Made by a program: the position numbers and the translations under genes. Shown piece after piece: positions 37,208 through 46,973 of a stretch of DNA of 64,000 nucleotides. The notes under the pieces are model-generated. The model was given only the letters and a program-made list of their open reading frames with translations, ran no database searches and was not told where the DNA came from. How positions within the stretch are numbered: the stretch's first letter is position 1; each line of letters starts with the position of its first letter. Source of the DNA: a virus. Taxonomy: Duplodnaviria; Caudoviricetes. The stretch spans positions 3,717 to 67,716 of the IMG/VR virus record IMGVR_UViG_3300032232_000840; one strand, 5' to 3'.

Positions 37208-39448
37208 TTAATAGGGTTCAGTTCCAAGCACCTTCATCTTCATTGTGCTTCCTTCAACGCAAACCTCAATCTCCTGCCAAAAAGCACTAACTTCTGTCCC
37301 TCCATTTGTTGGAACATTTATAAATACATTAGCCCCTGCACCCTGACCAGTGGTAAGGGTTAGTTGATGTGGCTCATACGAGCCTTGCTTTCCATTGGCA
37401 TTTAGTTGAAGTAGGTGAGGGGTAAGAAATGCCTCTCCAGTTAGTGGGTTGGATAGGGTAAGCTCATGTGGCTCGTAAGATGCCTGTTTATCTCCATCAT
37501 TTAATTGAAGCAGATACGGAGTAAGAAATGCCTGACCATTTGCTGGATCAGTGATTGTTAACTGATGCGGTTCATAAGTTCCACTCTTTATTGCAGGGCC
37601 AGAGCCAGTGTTAAGGTGAAGTGCTGTAGTAGATAGATAGGAGCTTCCTGTAATTCCAGATAAGGTCAATTGCTCTGCTTCATATACTCCAGTATAAGTT
37701 CCTACTTCTACTTGAAGTGCTGCCGTTGAAAGGTATGATTGCCCTGTGCTGGACGTAAGAGTTAATTGAATTGCCTCATAAACGGCGTTACCGCTGCTGC
37801 TACCAATGGAAAGTTGAGCCGAGTCAATGAAAGCCCAATCCCCACCATTCGTCATCGTTAGGTAATTAGCATCTAGGACACCAGATTTAGCTCCCTCTTT
37901 GATTTCCGTAGAGTAAGCAGATAGTTTTCCAGTATTCGCCCCATCAGTAAATTCTATCTGGGTGGGCTCCAGCTCCATTTTCTTCCCCGTCGTATCTTGA
38001 ATCCCGAGGTATCCAGGTTTCAGAGATCCCCAGTCACCGCCACTACCAGTTACCGTTATCTCTTTATCGCTGATAAACGAGATGCCCCCACCTTTAGATA
38101 CCGCCAGGGAAGACCCAACCGAGTCCGCTTTTAGGAGAAAATTAGAATCAGATCCCCCCACCCCGTGTAGTGCAGAAGAGGAACCATTAGCTTCCAGCAT
38201 GAACCACCTGTCTCTGGTATTCTGACCGTAGAGTTTAGCGGTACCAGATACATCTGACTGAGTGAAGATCTGTTTGGAAGCATCTTTATAATGAGAGACT
38301 GTATAGACATCGGCTTCAGCAGGTTTCCCGAACCATACGTTGAATCCGCTGTTAATACTTCCGGACCAATCTAAGAAGGGGAATGTTGGGACCAAGGGAT
38401 CTGTAGCAGATGATACTTTGCCCGAGGTATCGAGAACGGAATAAATCTTTTCAGATGACAATACAGTCCTAAACAAGGCTGTAGCCGCACGAGACCCAGC
38501 CTTACGGCTTCTAGCCACCGCTCCAAGTAATTCACTTTTATCCGTAAGAGACTGACCCTGACCGACGCCGTCAAAACCTTGCCCGCCAGAATTCGAGTCT
38601 GCGGGGGCCCTATGTGGCTCGTCCTCAGATACAGGTGGCTCGGGCATCGAGAGATTTCCTCCGGAATCCTCTGGGGGTGCTCCCACGATCTCAGTTGGAG
38701 ATGGGGGGAAAGATTGAGATCCCGACTCCTCGGGTTGGCTGGTTGGAGTGTTGCTAGTCGAGCTATCTCCCGTCTGAAGAACGACCTCTCCTACCGAACT
38801 TGTTGGAGAGACACCCGGCTCGCCAGTCTCTGAAGGAACGATAGATGCTTGAATCTGGGGTAGGGGAACCTCCGCCAACTCCGACCTATTGAAAGGTTGT
38901 TCACTATCTATAGAGATTGAAGGGGAACCCGTGGAGGGAGTTAGGACACTGGGAACTACTGCTGCGTCAATCGGAGGTGGGGTACTAAAAGCAGGGCTAG
39001 GAATAGAGATCGAGGGGATAGCTGGGAGCTCTACGCCGTGAGGACCGGAGAACAATACGGCTCCTGAGTTCTGCATCAAGATATTAGAACCGCTCTCAAA
39101 AATGTTAATGGCGGGAGGAGAGTCCGAAAAACTCCCAGACTTTCTAAAAGCCGAAGCATCTACTTGAAGGTCGCTACCGGATATAGCAATCGGATGACCA
39201 TTTAAAGTCATCTTTCCGAGGACATCTTTTACGGAAGCATAGATGTCATCGAGCATTGGGATCGACGGGGCAGCTTCTCGTAGCTGCTGTAAAATAGCTT
39301 GTGAGCTACTCCGACGGGAAAAAGGTTGGTCTAGGTCTCCCTCATTGTTTGCAGCCGTATCTCTCTTCTTAACCTGCTCTGCTATAATGTCCCTCTCCCG
39401 GGTATCAGTGACTCTCGGTATCTTTGTTTTATCATCTTCGTCGGACAT
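37208..39448 (-). CDS. Tail fibre/spike-like protein
   Basis: Pro/Ser-rich N-terminus, then beta-strand repeats (YEPHQLT..AFLTP.LLQL, ~32-aa period) and a C-terminal EIEVC..KMKVLGT. Confidence 0.6.
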   Translation of the reverse strand: MSDEDDKTKIPRVTDTRERDIIAEQVKKRDTAANNEGDLDQPFSRRSSSQAILQQLREAAPSIPMLDDIYASVKDVLGKMTLNGHPIAISGSDLQVDASAFRKSGSFSDSPPAINIFESGSNILMQNSGAVLFSGPHGVELPAIPSISIPSPAFSTPPPIDAAVVPSVLTPSTGSPSISIDSEQPFNRSELAEVPLPQIQASIVPSETGEPGVSPTSSVGEVVLQTGDSSTSNTPTSQPEESGSQSFPPSPTEIVGAPPEDSGGNLSMPEPPVSEDEPHRAPADSNSGGQGFDGVGQGQSLTDKSELLGAVARSRKAGSRAATALFRTVLSSEKIYSVLDTSGKVSSATDPLVPTFPFLDWSGSINSGFNVWFGKPAEADVYTVSHYKDASKQIFTQSDVSGTAKLYGQNTRDRWFMLEANGSSSALHGVGGSDSNFLLKADSVGSSLAVSKGGGISFISDKEITVTGSGGDWGSLKPGYLGIQDTTGKKMELEPTQIEFTDGANTGKLSAYSTEIKEGAKSGVLDANYLTMTNGGDWAFIDSAQLSIGSSSGNAVYEAIQLTLTSSTGQSYLSTAALQVEVGTYTGVYEAEQLTLSGITGSSYLSTTALHLNTGSGPAIKSGTYEPHQLTITDPANGQAFLTPYLLQLNDGDKQASYEPHELTLSNPLTGEAFLTPHLLQLNANGKQGSYEPHQLTLTTGQGAGANVFINVPTNGGTEVSAFWQEIEVCVEGSTMKMKVLGTEPY

Positions 39449-39460
39449 ATCTGTTCTCCA

Positions 39461-42400
39461 TTATGTGGCATCAGGAATCTTGACTTCGACGATCTCAGTA
39501 ACCCAGATGCCCATACGCCAGTGCTCGCTATTTCGGGTTACTTCGTACCAGTTTCCGAAGGGCAGGGTTGAGGGAGATGTGGCGGGAATAGAAACTGTAA
39601 TGTTGCCCATTGCTTCCCCGATCATTGTGGGTACCTCAAGGGTATAGGCTCCTCGTAAGGCTCTCGGTAGCTGGATCGAGAGCAACTGCTTACCCGTGCT
39701 GGTAGAGTTATTGTTATTGTCGAAAGCAGATTGATTCGTCCCTTGCTGCGTACCTTGAGACGTCGAAGTAGTGGACTGCGTAGAGGTAGAATTCCCCGTG
39801 GAGTTGGAGCTCCCCGTAGACTCGACATCTGAAGTAGATGAGCTGGTTCCCGACGCCGTGGAGGAGGAGGTTCCTGACGAGCTAGAGGTGGAGCTAGAAG
39901 TTCCTGACGAGCTAGAGGTGGAGTCAAAGGAACTAGTACTGGTCCCAGATGACGTAGAGGAGTTATCAGAAGTACCCGCCGAAGAAGAATTCGATGTCGA
40001 AGTTCCATTGCTAGTGCCTGAGCTTGTGCCAGTAGAGGACGAGGTTCCCGAGCTGGTACTAGTAGAGGTAGAAGTGCCCGAGCTGGTACTAGTAGAGGTA
40101 GAAGTACCCGAGCTCGTGCCAGTGGTAGAGGAAGAAGAGGTTCCAGTATGAGAGCCAGAGGTAGTCGAAGTTCCGGAGTTCGTACCGGAGCTAGTCGAAG
40201 TTCCGGAGTTCGTACCGGAGCTAGTCGAAGTTCCGGAGTGGGTTCCAGCTCCAGTACTAGTGGAAGTGCCTGAGCTAGTTCCTGTTGATGTAGAAGTGCC
40301 TGAGTGAGTACTTGTACTTGTAGAAGAACCAGAGTTCGTACTCGTTGAAGTTGACGTTCCACTATGAGTTCCCGAACTATTTGAAGTGCTAGAGTTTGTA
40401 CCTGTTGAAGATGACGTTCCACTATGGGAACCGCTTCCGTTAGACGAATTGATCCCAGAGGAAGACTGGCTATGAGAGGCACCCCCGTTCGAGAGTGAAG
40501 TTCTAGTGGTCGGCCCGGTAGAGCTTCCAGTACTATAGTCATCTGGATATACGGTTTCCGAAGTAGAACTTGAGTTACCTGTAGATCCCGAACTGTAGGA
40601 AGTAGATGTTGCAGTTTGGGTAGAAGTCGAAGTTCCAGAGCTTATACCTTCTGAAGTCGAAGTCCCAGAGCTTGTACCTGTTGAAGTCGAAGTCCCAGAG
40701 CTTGTACCTGTTGAAGTCGAAGTTCCAGTATTCGTACCTGTTGAAGTCGAAGTCCCAGTATTCGTACCTGTTGAAGTCGAAGTTCCAGTAGTCGTACCTG
40801 TTGAGGTAGATGTCGAAGTACCCGAGCTTGTACCAGACGAGGTGGAAGTACCTGAACTAGTGCCTGTTGAAGTCGAAGTACCCGAGCTTGTACCAGTTGA
40901 AGTCGAAGTTCCAGTATTCGTACCTGTTGAGGTAGATGTCGAAGTACCCGAGCTTGTACCAGACGAGGTGGAAGTGCCTGAGTTGGTACCAGATGATGTT
41001 GAAGTCCCTGAGCTCGTACCTGTTGAAGTGGAGGTCCCAGAGTTTGTGCTGGAACTCGTTGAAGTAGTCGTATTGGTGCCGGAACTCGTCGAAGTTCCAG
41101 TATTAGTACCGGATGACGTTGAAGTCGAAGTGCCAGAGCTCGTGCCTGTCGAGGTGGAAGTCCCAGAAGTATTCGAGGTGCTTTGAGAGGTACCGGAAGA
41201 GTTAGAAGAAGATGTCCCTGTAGAGGTAGAGCTACTAGTTGAGGAAGTCTCCGACGTATTTACGGAAGCAGACGTGCCAGTAGAATTTGAGGTGGAAGAT
41301 CCGGTAGAAGTTCCAGACGTGCTAGAGTTACTAGTGCCTGTAGAGGCAGTCTTTGAAACCCTTGGCAAGGAATACTCAATAACCTTATTAAAAGCCTGAG
41401 GCTTAAAAAGAATTGGGTCGGCAGGTTCAGCGGGAGGACCGAAACTGAACTTACGGGTTATGCGAGACTTGAGAGGGCTATCCGAAGAGGATTGCACGTT
41501 CACCTCAGTAGAAAGTGATTCCGTGCCTTTAATAACTACGCTAGTAACAACATCGGGAAAAGACTCACGCCGCCTCCCATACCAAACTTGATCGGGGGGG
41601 AGAGAAGGGATCTTGCTTATGATCTGAATGGAGCGGTGCTTATCAGAAGGCTCGATTTCCGTTGCCCCGGCTCCAGATCCGAACTGCTCGATGCCGCCAA
41701 GAGTACCCGATTCAACTACAGACTTCTCAATTTCGATAACCACGCCGAAGCGTGGGTCAACTTGAGTGCCCTTTAGTACGGGGAAGTCGTCAACCATCTC
41801 CGTTGTTTGAGTAACGGCCTGACCATTACCTAGATTCTCGACTGAGGAATCAAGGATATTGAAGCCCTCCTCGGCAACAGAAGTATCGGCAGAAGAGAGC
41901 TTTTCAGTAACTCTAGTGAGACCGCCGCCAAACTCCTTTACCCACTTCCCACTAGTTAGGGAAGCAGTAGAAGTAATGGGCCGACTAGTCTTACGCTTCC
42001 TCTTCTTGAAAACGGTTACTTGTTCTTCGGTAGCGGAGAGGTCTCCGGTATCGAGTGAAGGAGTAGCGGCGTCTCCCTCTTCATCAGTACTGACTACCTC
42101 CGAAGAGGTAACGGCGGGGACAAGAGCACGGAATTTCTGAGGTACTACGTCAGGCCGTTCCTTCGAGAAAGATTGCTCGGAGAACACTGTTTCAACTGTC
42201 GCAATAGATCTGACGCTCTGACCATTGCCCAAAGCATCGGAACTTCCCTCCACCACGAGCGCACTTGGGGTAATGGCATCGTCTGCGGAGCCAGTTGCCA
42301 CAAGTCTCTCATGTACGGTGGCGACTTGTCCTTGCGGAGTGATCTTCTTACTTAGGAGTTCTTCGGTGGCGGCATCGATGGCAACCGTGGTCTTCTCAGC

Positions 42401-43078
42401 CTTGTTGGCGTTATCCTTCTGGGCGACCGTACTCTCCACGATCGTAGAGCTTGTGTCGTCCGGTAACTCCGACGGGAGAACCTCGGTCCGGGTGATGGTG
42501 AACTGTCGCTGAGCCTTGAACTTAGCTGGCACTACGTCGGCAGAACCTTTCTGGCGCGTTACGAGATCTGGTCCAGGCAGTGTCTGATATGACCGCATGA
42601 CCTTGATGAAAAGAGAATCGAGCTGCCCGTCGGACTGGTCATCTTTCAACCGGACGATCTCTTCATCGACGAAAGTAGCGTCTGAATAAACGGGATCAGT
42701 GGAGCCTACCGCTGGCGGCTCGTACCCTTCACGAGGAAGAATGTAGGTGCGGATATAGATCGGGTGTGCCGTGTGACCGCTTCCGTACTTAACTGCGTAG
42801 TTGTAGTCATCTTGGTCGGCGCGGTCCGCTGCGTAGACCCGACGAACCCACATGAAATTCTGCTCCTGATCAAGGGGAGTCTGGTAAACTAACTTCAGAT
42901 TTGGGTAGAGAACTTGATCGGGATGCAGGTCGCCATACTCCAGCGCAACATACCCAGGCAAACGAGTGTCCACATCCTGCACGACCAAGAGGTCGGAGGT
43001 ATTGGGCGTCGGGTAACTGACTACCGGATTATCGGGCGTCAGCGGCCTAGGAGTGGGTCTTTTGGGAGAACTTGCCAT
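39461..43078 (-). CDS. Large tail protein with ~500-aa Ser/Thr/Gly repeat insert
   Basis: Globular N-terminal half, repeats such as GTSTSTGTSS, short globular C-terminus. Confidence 0.7.
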   Translation of the reverse strand: MASSPKRPTPRPLTPDNPVVSYPTPNTSDLLVVQDVDTRLPGYVALEYGDLHPDQVLYPNLKLVYQTPLDQEQNFMWVRRVYAADRADQDDYNYAVKYGSGHTAHPIYIRTYILPREGYEPPAVGSTDPVYSDATFVDEEIVRLKDDQSDGQLDSLFIKVMRSYQTLPGPDLVTRQKGSADVVPAKFKAQRQFTITRTEVLPSELPDDTSSTIVESTVAQKDNANKAEKTTVAIDAATEELLSKKITPQGQVATVHERLVATGSADDAITPSALVVEGSSDALGNGQSVRSIATVETVFSEQSFSKERPDVVPQKFRALVPAVTSSEVVSTDEEGDAATPSLDTGDLSATEEQVTVFKKRKRKTSRPITSTASLTSGKWVKEFGGGLTRVTEKLSSADTSVAEEGFNILDSSVENLGNGQAVTQTTEMVDDFPVLKGTQVDPRFGVVIEIEKSVVESGTLGGIEQFGSGAGATEIEPSDKHRSIQIISKIPSLPPDQVWYGRRRESFPDVVTSVVIKGTESLSTEVNVQSSSDSPLKSRITRKFSFGPPAEPADPILFKPQAFNKVIEYSLPRVSKTASTGTSNSSTSGTSTGSSTSNSTGTSASVNTSETSSTSSSTSTGTSSSNSSGTSQSTSNTSGTSTSTGTSSGTSTSTSSGTNTGTSTSSGTNTTTSTSSSTNSGTSTSTGTSSGTSTSSGTNSGTSTSSGTSSGTSTSTSTGTNTGTSTSTGTSSGTSTSTGTSSGTSTSSGTSSGTSTSTSTGTTTGTSTSTGTNTGTSTSTGTNTGTSTSTGTSSGTSTSTGTSSGTSTSEGISSGTSTSTQTATSTSYSSGSTGNSSSTSETVYPDDYSTGSSTGPTTRTSLSNGGASHSQSSSGINSSNGSGSHSGTSSSTGTNSSTSNSSGTHSGTSTSTSTNSGSSTSTSTHSGTSTSTGTSSGTSTSTGAGTHSGTSTSSGTNSGTSTSSGTNSGTSTTSGSHTGTSSSSTTGTSSGTSTSTSTSSGTSTSTSTSSGTSSSTGTSSGTSNGTSTSNSSSAGTSDNSSTSSGTSTSSFDSTSSSSGTSSSTSSSSGTSSSTASGTSSSTSDVESTGSSNSTGNSTSTQSTTSTSQGTQQGTNQSAFDNNNNSTSTGKQLLSIQLPRALRGAYTLEVPTMIGEAMGNITVSIPATSPSTLPFGNWYEVTRNSEHWRMGIWVTEIVEVKIPDAT
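39740..41350 (-). repeat. Degenerate coding repeat array (mostly 10-aa/30-bp units, with 14-aa/42-bp variants)
   Basis: e.g. GAAGTCGAAGTCCCAGAGCTTGTACCTGTT-like units in tandem near 40650-40960. Confidence 0.9.
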
Positions 43079-43127
43079 CTAAAAATAGGGGGGAGGGGAA
43101 CTCCCTCGTCTACCTTAAAGCGTGGGA

Positions 43128-43334
43128 CTACTTAATGGTGATCGAAAGGAACCCACTTCCATCGTCCTGACGAACAGAAAGAGAAAGGGAGATAATATCC
43201 GAAGCAAACTTACCATTAGGGAGACGGATAAGGTCCTCGCCAGTCAAAAGAGTCTGGATAGCAAGCACTTTAGATGCTTCAATATCAGCGCGAGCTGAAA
43301 TAGGGGTAGGAAGAGTAGTGAGTTCGATCGACAT
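43128..43334 (-). CDS. Hypothetical small protein
   Basis: 68-aa ORF in the late operon. Confidence 0.65.
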   Translation of the reverse strand: MSIELTTLPTPISARADIEASKVLAIQTLLTGEDLIRLPNGKFASDIISLSLSVRQDDGSGFLSITIK

Positions 43335-43427
43335 CTTATTGGGAGCTCCCTTTGAACAGTTGAGCCTCTGGTTATTTTTACCGCTGGTGTTTAAATGTGT
43401 GGTGTAAGTGTAGTATATTACACCCGA

Positions 43428-43673
43428 TTAAGAGTCGAGGTCTGGGGCGTGTTTGTCAAACCTTTTACGACTCTTAGTTTTCCGGTTAGAGAACTTTTCA
43501 ATATGAGACCCCCCGATAAATACGTCCTCACCCTCTGAAGAAGCATCTAAGCAAGTATGGCAGAGACCGTTATAGACGACAGGCTCTTCATCACATTGCT
43601 TGCAGAGGTTGACCTGATTATACATGAGTGCGTGGTAGTAGTGTTGTATAGGATACCCAGTTAAAAAGATCAA
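43428..43673 (-). CDS. Hypothetical CxxC/CxxC protein (start uncertain)
   Basis: CKQC...CHTC. Confidence 0.45.
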   Translation of the reverse strand: MIFLTGYPIQHYYHALMYNQVNLCKQCDEEPVVYNGLCHTCLDASSEGEDVFIGGSHIEKFSNRKTKSRKRFDKHAPDLDS

Positions 43674-44251
43674 GCACCTATGCGAACAAGTCGCTTAATT
43701 AGTGATCTATTTCGGGTCTTATAATAGACCCCATCGCCTTCACGGCTTCCTTCTCCGTTAGTGTTACCCTCCACGGTCTGAAGGGTCTTCCCATTGTCGG
43801 AGATCACGATCCCAACATGGGAGAAAGTGTACATAACGATGTCACCGGGCTTCGCCATTTCGGTTGGCTCCAAGACCTTAGTCGTATTGGGTCGATCTTT
43901 AGCCCAAGCCGTGAATCCGTATGCTAGGGCAGTCTTTGGCCTCCACTGCTCCGGCGTGCGGACTTTGAGGCCGAGCCACTGGACGACCTCTGGATCTTTG
44001 ATCCATTCGGCGATACACCAATCCACGAATGCAGCACACCAAGCAAACCCCTTCAGATCAAGGTGAGTTGCCTCTTGGTATCTGCGAACCTCCGCCCCCG
44101 AGTTGGCTCCCGACTCGCGGACTCCAACCTGGCTTTCTGCAATCTTGACGAGTTTAGCGATCATGATTCTCAGCAAATCTTTGGACGAACTTAGTGGTGG
44201 CGACGGCACCGATAGATACTTCGAGAAGTCTCGACAGATCCGGAGGGACAT
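43670..44251 (-). CDS. Endolysin, CHAP-family amidase/peptidase
   Basis: AWCAAFV (catalytic Cys), HVGIV (His), TVEGNT. Confidence 0.85.
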   Translation of the reverse strand: MSLRICRDFSKYLSVPSPPLSSSKDLLRIMIAKLVKIAESQVGVRESGANSGAEVRRYQEATHLDLKGFAWCAAFVDWCIAEWIKDPEVVQWLGLKVRTPEQWRPKTALAYGFTAWAKDRPNTTKVLEPTEMAKPGDIVMYTFSHVGIVISDNGKTLQTVEGNTNGEGSREGDGVYYKTRNRSLIKRLVRIGA

Positions 44252-44378
44252 CCTGACCAGTCACCATCCATCGAATGACGACGGCGAAGAGGAGCAAAAG
44301 CACTAAGAAAAAACCGATCCGCGTTGCGGAAGCCGATCCGTCTGGAGCCTCAAGGACACTTATGAAGAAATCTTTCAT
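44154..44378 (-). CDS. Holin-like two-TM protein
   Basis: Two hydrophobic helices, adjacent to the endolysin. Confidence 0.6.
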   Translation of the reverse strand: MKDFFISVLEAPDGSASATRIGFFLVLLLLFAVVIRWMVTGQDVPPDLSRLLEVSIGAVATTKFVQRFAENHDR

Positions 44379-44488
44379 TTCTTCTTACGGGAGATGAAGT
44401 CCTCGATTTCTGGAGTGAGGCAAATTAGAAAGAACATGACCAGCATCCCTAGTCCCCCAGCTAAAAAGCAGCATAGGATCTCTTTCAT
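44375..44488 (-). CDS. 37-aa single-TM peptide in the lysis cassette
   Basis: MKEILCCFLAGGLGMLVMFFLICL...RKKK; ATGA overlaps on both sides. Confidence 0.55.
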   Translation of the reverse strand: MKEILCCFLAGGLGMLVMFFLICLTPEIEDFISRKKK

Positions 44489-44892
44489 AAGAAGAATTTC
44501 CAACCCGTTTTGAGGCCGACCCCGGCCAAAGTGATCCCAGCAATAGTCAAAGCTAGAAGCCTCCAGAACCAAACTTCCTTGAGGGCTTTCATCCTCTTTT
44601 CATGCTCGTAAGCGGCCTGATCTTCAGCCTTAGTAAGCTGCAATACCAAGTCATCCACCTTACCCGAATACTTGGCTACCTCGATCTGAGCCGAGTCAAG
44701 CGAAGCAGAGAGAGCGTCGAGAGTTGGCTTTCCCTCTGGAAGGACGTAGGGGCGCAGCTTCTCGGTATTAGTCTTGGCCGACGCAACGGACTGAACAACC
44801 GCCGTGGCGGAAGGGGGAAAATAAGTTAATGGCTTCTTATGGGCGCATCCAATAAGAAGTACTGATGCACAAACAATAAGAAGTTTGTTCAT
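44485..44892 (-). CDS. Lipoprotein with C-terminal TM (unimolecular-spanin-like)
   Basis: Lipobox LIGC at residues 13-16, coiled middle, C-terminal hydrophobic helix. Confidence 0.55.
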   Translation of the reverse strand: MNKLLIVCASVLLIGCAHKKPLTYFPPSATAVVQSVASAKTNTEKLRPYVLPEGKPTLDALSASLDSAQIEVAKYSGKVDDLVLQLTKAEDQAAYEHEKRMKALKEVWFWRLLALTIAGITLAGVGLKTGWKFFL

Positions 44893-45068
44893 TTTAAGAG
44901 CCGTTTAATCCCTGCATAAATGGCAATAAAACCAGCGCACATGGACACAAGCAACGTGAGATTCTGCATCCAAATGTGCGGAGAATCTAAAAACGAGATA
45001 ACAAGAGATAGCAACGACACAACAGCCGAAGTCGGGCCGACATCAGAGGATGTGCCGTTGCTGCTCAT
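44889..45068 (-). CDS. 59-aa two-TM holin-like protein (not in the ORF track)
   Basis: MSSNGTSSDVGPTSAVVSLLSLVISFL...LVSMCAGFIAIYAGIKRLLK; ATGA overlap with the lipoprotein gene. Confidence 0.65.
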   Translation of the reverse strand: MSSNGTSSDVGPTSAVVSLLSLVISFLDSPHIWMQNLTLLVSMCAGFIAIYAGIKRLLK

Positions 45069-45073
45069 GATAT

Positions 45074-45277
45074 TTACTTAACAGCGATCTGGAGGAATCC
45101 GCCGCCGTTAGGCTGCACGTTCACCACAAACTGGGTGATGTCGGTCGCTGTCTTTCCTTCTGGCAGAACAATGAGGTTTGCGCCACCAAGAAGAGCTTGG
45201 AAGGCAGACACATCGGCTGCGGTGAGGGTTGCACGAGCCTGTGTTGGCTGTGATACTGGAGTAAGGGTTACGGACAT
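45074..45277 (-). CDS. Hypothetical small protein
   Basis: In-frame Met at 45277. Confidence 0.65.
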   Translation of the reverse strand: MSVTLTPVSQPTQARATLTAADVSAFQALLGGANLIVLPEGKTATDITQFVVNVQPNGGGFLQIAVK

Positions 45278-45371
45278 ATTTTGTTTTGCTTGCTTTGACC
45301 AGTTAAGCATCTGTTTGTTTTTGCCTTCGATTAATGTTCAGCGTTTGCTTCTTCATTTTCGTCGGTCAAAA

Positions 45372-46724
45372 TTATAAATTGATGAACCAAGGAAGGTTAA
45401 GCAGCCTTGCGATTGTCTGGTCGCTTCCTCCACCAGAGGGGGCATCAATCAAGACCTCGCCATCAAATCCAGCTAGGCCGCCAATTAAAAAAATGGCTGC
45501 TGGAATGGAAAATGTAGAGGTTCCAGTGATGGTTTGATTAGTAAATGCGATGTTGCCATTGAACGTGGCGTTTCCTAAAATTACTCCGTAGAAGATGAGA
45601 CTGTCATCGTTAAACGTAGCATTCCCTGAGACTGATCCTTGGTGTTGGCTGCTATCGTTAAACGTGGCATCTCCTAAGACTGATCCAGAAGGGCTATAAG
45701 AGGTGATGCTACTATCGTTAAACGTGGCATTCCCTGAGACTGTTCCATTGAGTCTTCCATAACCATAAAATGTGGCATCTCCTGTTGTATTAGTTAACTC
45801 TGCCTGACTAGACATCACATAAATGTGGTTAAGCGTTACTGGAGCAGACGGCGCAAAATACACATTCCCATACAAATAAACAGTATCACCTGTTGATGGA
45901 AGAGCTGTCGCTGGAATTGCAAACTCCGCATCTTTCCACCAGTTGCCTAGCGTGTCCCACGTTGCATCATTATTAGTATTTGCATAATAGAGATTAAAAG
46001 TAATTGCACTAACCCAAACGCCAGCCTCCCAATTTTGACCAAGCCACTCTCCTGTGTAGGGAGTGCCACCAGAAGTTATATTGATGGCTGGAAAAGTAGT
46101 ATACCCCTGATATGAGGTATTAATAGAGATGCCGTCTATCTCAAATGTGCCATCGTTGATGTAGCTTCCGAAGCTGTAAAAATTATATCCAGTGAATGTG
46201 CCGCCGAAGATCTGGGCAAAGTAGGAGGTAACACTATTGCCAGAAAATGTGCCGTCATAAATGTAGCCAAGGTCAAAATCACTACCCGGTCCCCCATAAT
46301 AGCCAAAGATGGTAAAATTATCTCCAGTGAATGTACCACCATAGATGATGCCCTCGTGGGCAAAGTTGCTTCCAGTAAATAAGCCGCTATGGATAGTTCC
46401 ATAACTTCCATATACTGCTGCGTTGGTAAAATAATCACCAGTGAATGTGCCGCCATAGATGTCGCTGTTGCTGGTAACATATATAATATTACAACTTCCA
46501 GTTACAACTTGGTTCGGATCAATTATAGAATTGATATTTATCCCTTGCCCTCCAGTTGCATCTATTAAGTCATAATCACTATACCAAGCACCGCCATTCC
46601 CATCGTCAGTCCAAGGGATATTTGTTGGATTGCTTCCAGATCCATCGGCAGCAGTATTCCAGTTGCTTAGGTTTTCCCAAGCTCCGTATTGCCAATCGGT
46701 GTTTATGCAATAGAGGTTAGCCAT
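45372..46724 (-). CDS. Beta-helix-like adhesin/capsid-fibre-like protein
   Basis: IYGGTFTG and GNATFNDSS repeats; two copies of an N-terminal W..L.NW module. Confidence 0.65.
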   Translation of the reverse strand: MANLYCINTDWQYGAWENLSNWNTAADGSGSNPTNIPWTDDGNGGAWYSDYDLIDATGGQGININSIIDPNQVVTGSCNIIYVTSNSDIYGGTFTGDYFTNAAVYGSYGTIHSGLFTGSNFAHEGIIYGGTFTGDNFTIFGYYGGPGSDFDLGYIYDGTFSGNSVTSYFAQIFGGTFTGYNFYSFGSYINDGTFEIDGISINTSYQGYTTFPAINITSGGTPYTGEWLGQNWEAGVWVSAITFNLYYANTNNDATWDTLGNWWKDAEFAIPATALPSTGDTVYLYGNVYFAPSAPVTLNHIYVMSSQAELTNTTGDATFYGYGRLNGTVSGNATFNDSSITSYSPSGSVLGDATFNDSSQHQGSVSGNATFNDDSLIFYGVILGNATFNGNIAFTNQTITGTSTFSIPAAIFLIGGLAGFDGEVLIDAPSGGGSDQTIARLLNLPWFINL

Positions 46725-46736
46725 GATCTAAGCCTA

Positions 46737-46973
46737 TTAATCCTGACCAACGCTAGTTACAGCACCATTAGCGTCATAGTTCAAATAGAGGTAATACACA
46801 GGCGTTCCATTTCGCTTGAACGTGATGTACGTTGGCTTTGTTGGAAACGAGCTGTTGCTGTATTGCATATCAACTTGGTTATGGGGAGGGATGGTGAAGC
46901 CGCTCTGGGAGTCGAGCTCCTTGGCGATTTCAGTTAATAGGACATTTTCACCAAGTGAGGGGCTGAGTTCCAT
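46737..46973 (-). CDS. Small virion-accessory protein
   Basis: IPPHNQVDMQYS...ITFKRNG...L.YD; paralog-like to the 55323 C-terminal module. Confidence 0.6.
   Translation of the reverse strand: MELSPSLGENVLLTEIAKELDSQSGFTIPPHNQVDMQYSNSSFPTKPTYITFKRNGTPVYYLYLNYDANGAVTSVGQD

Noticed and set aside
40600-41000. CRISPR-like regular repeats
   Set aside because: Units are contiguous and codon-phased with no unique spacers, and no cas genes are present.
39622-41186. ORFs with EVPELVPVEV or LELEP repeats
   Set aside because: Antisense or alternative-frame readings of the Ser/Thr/Gly array.
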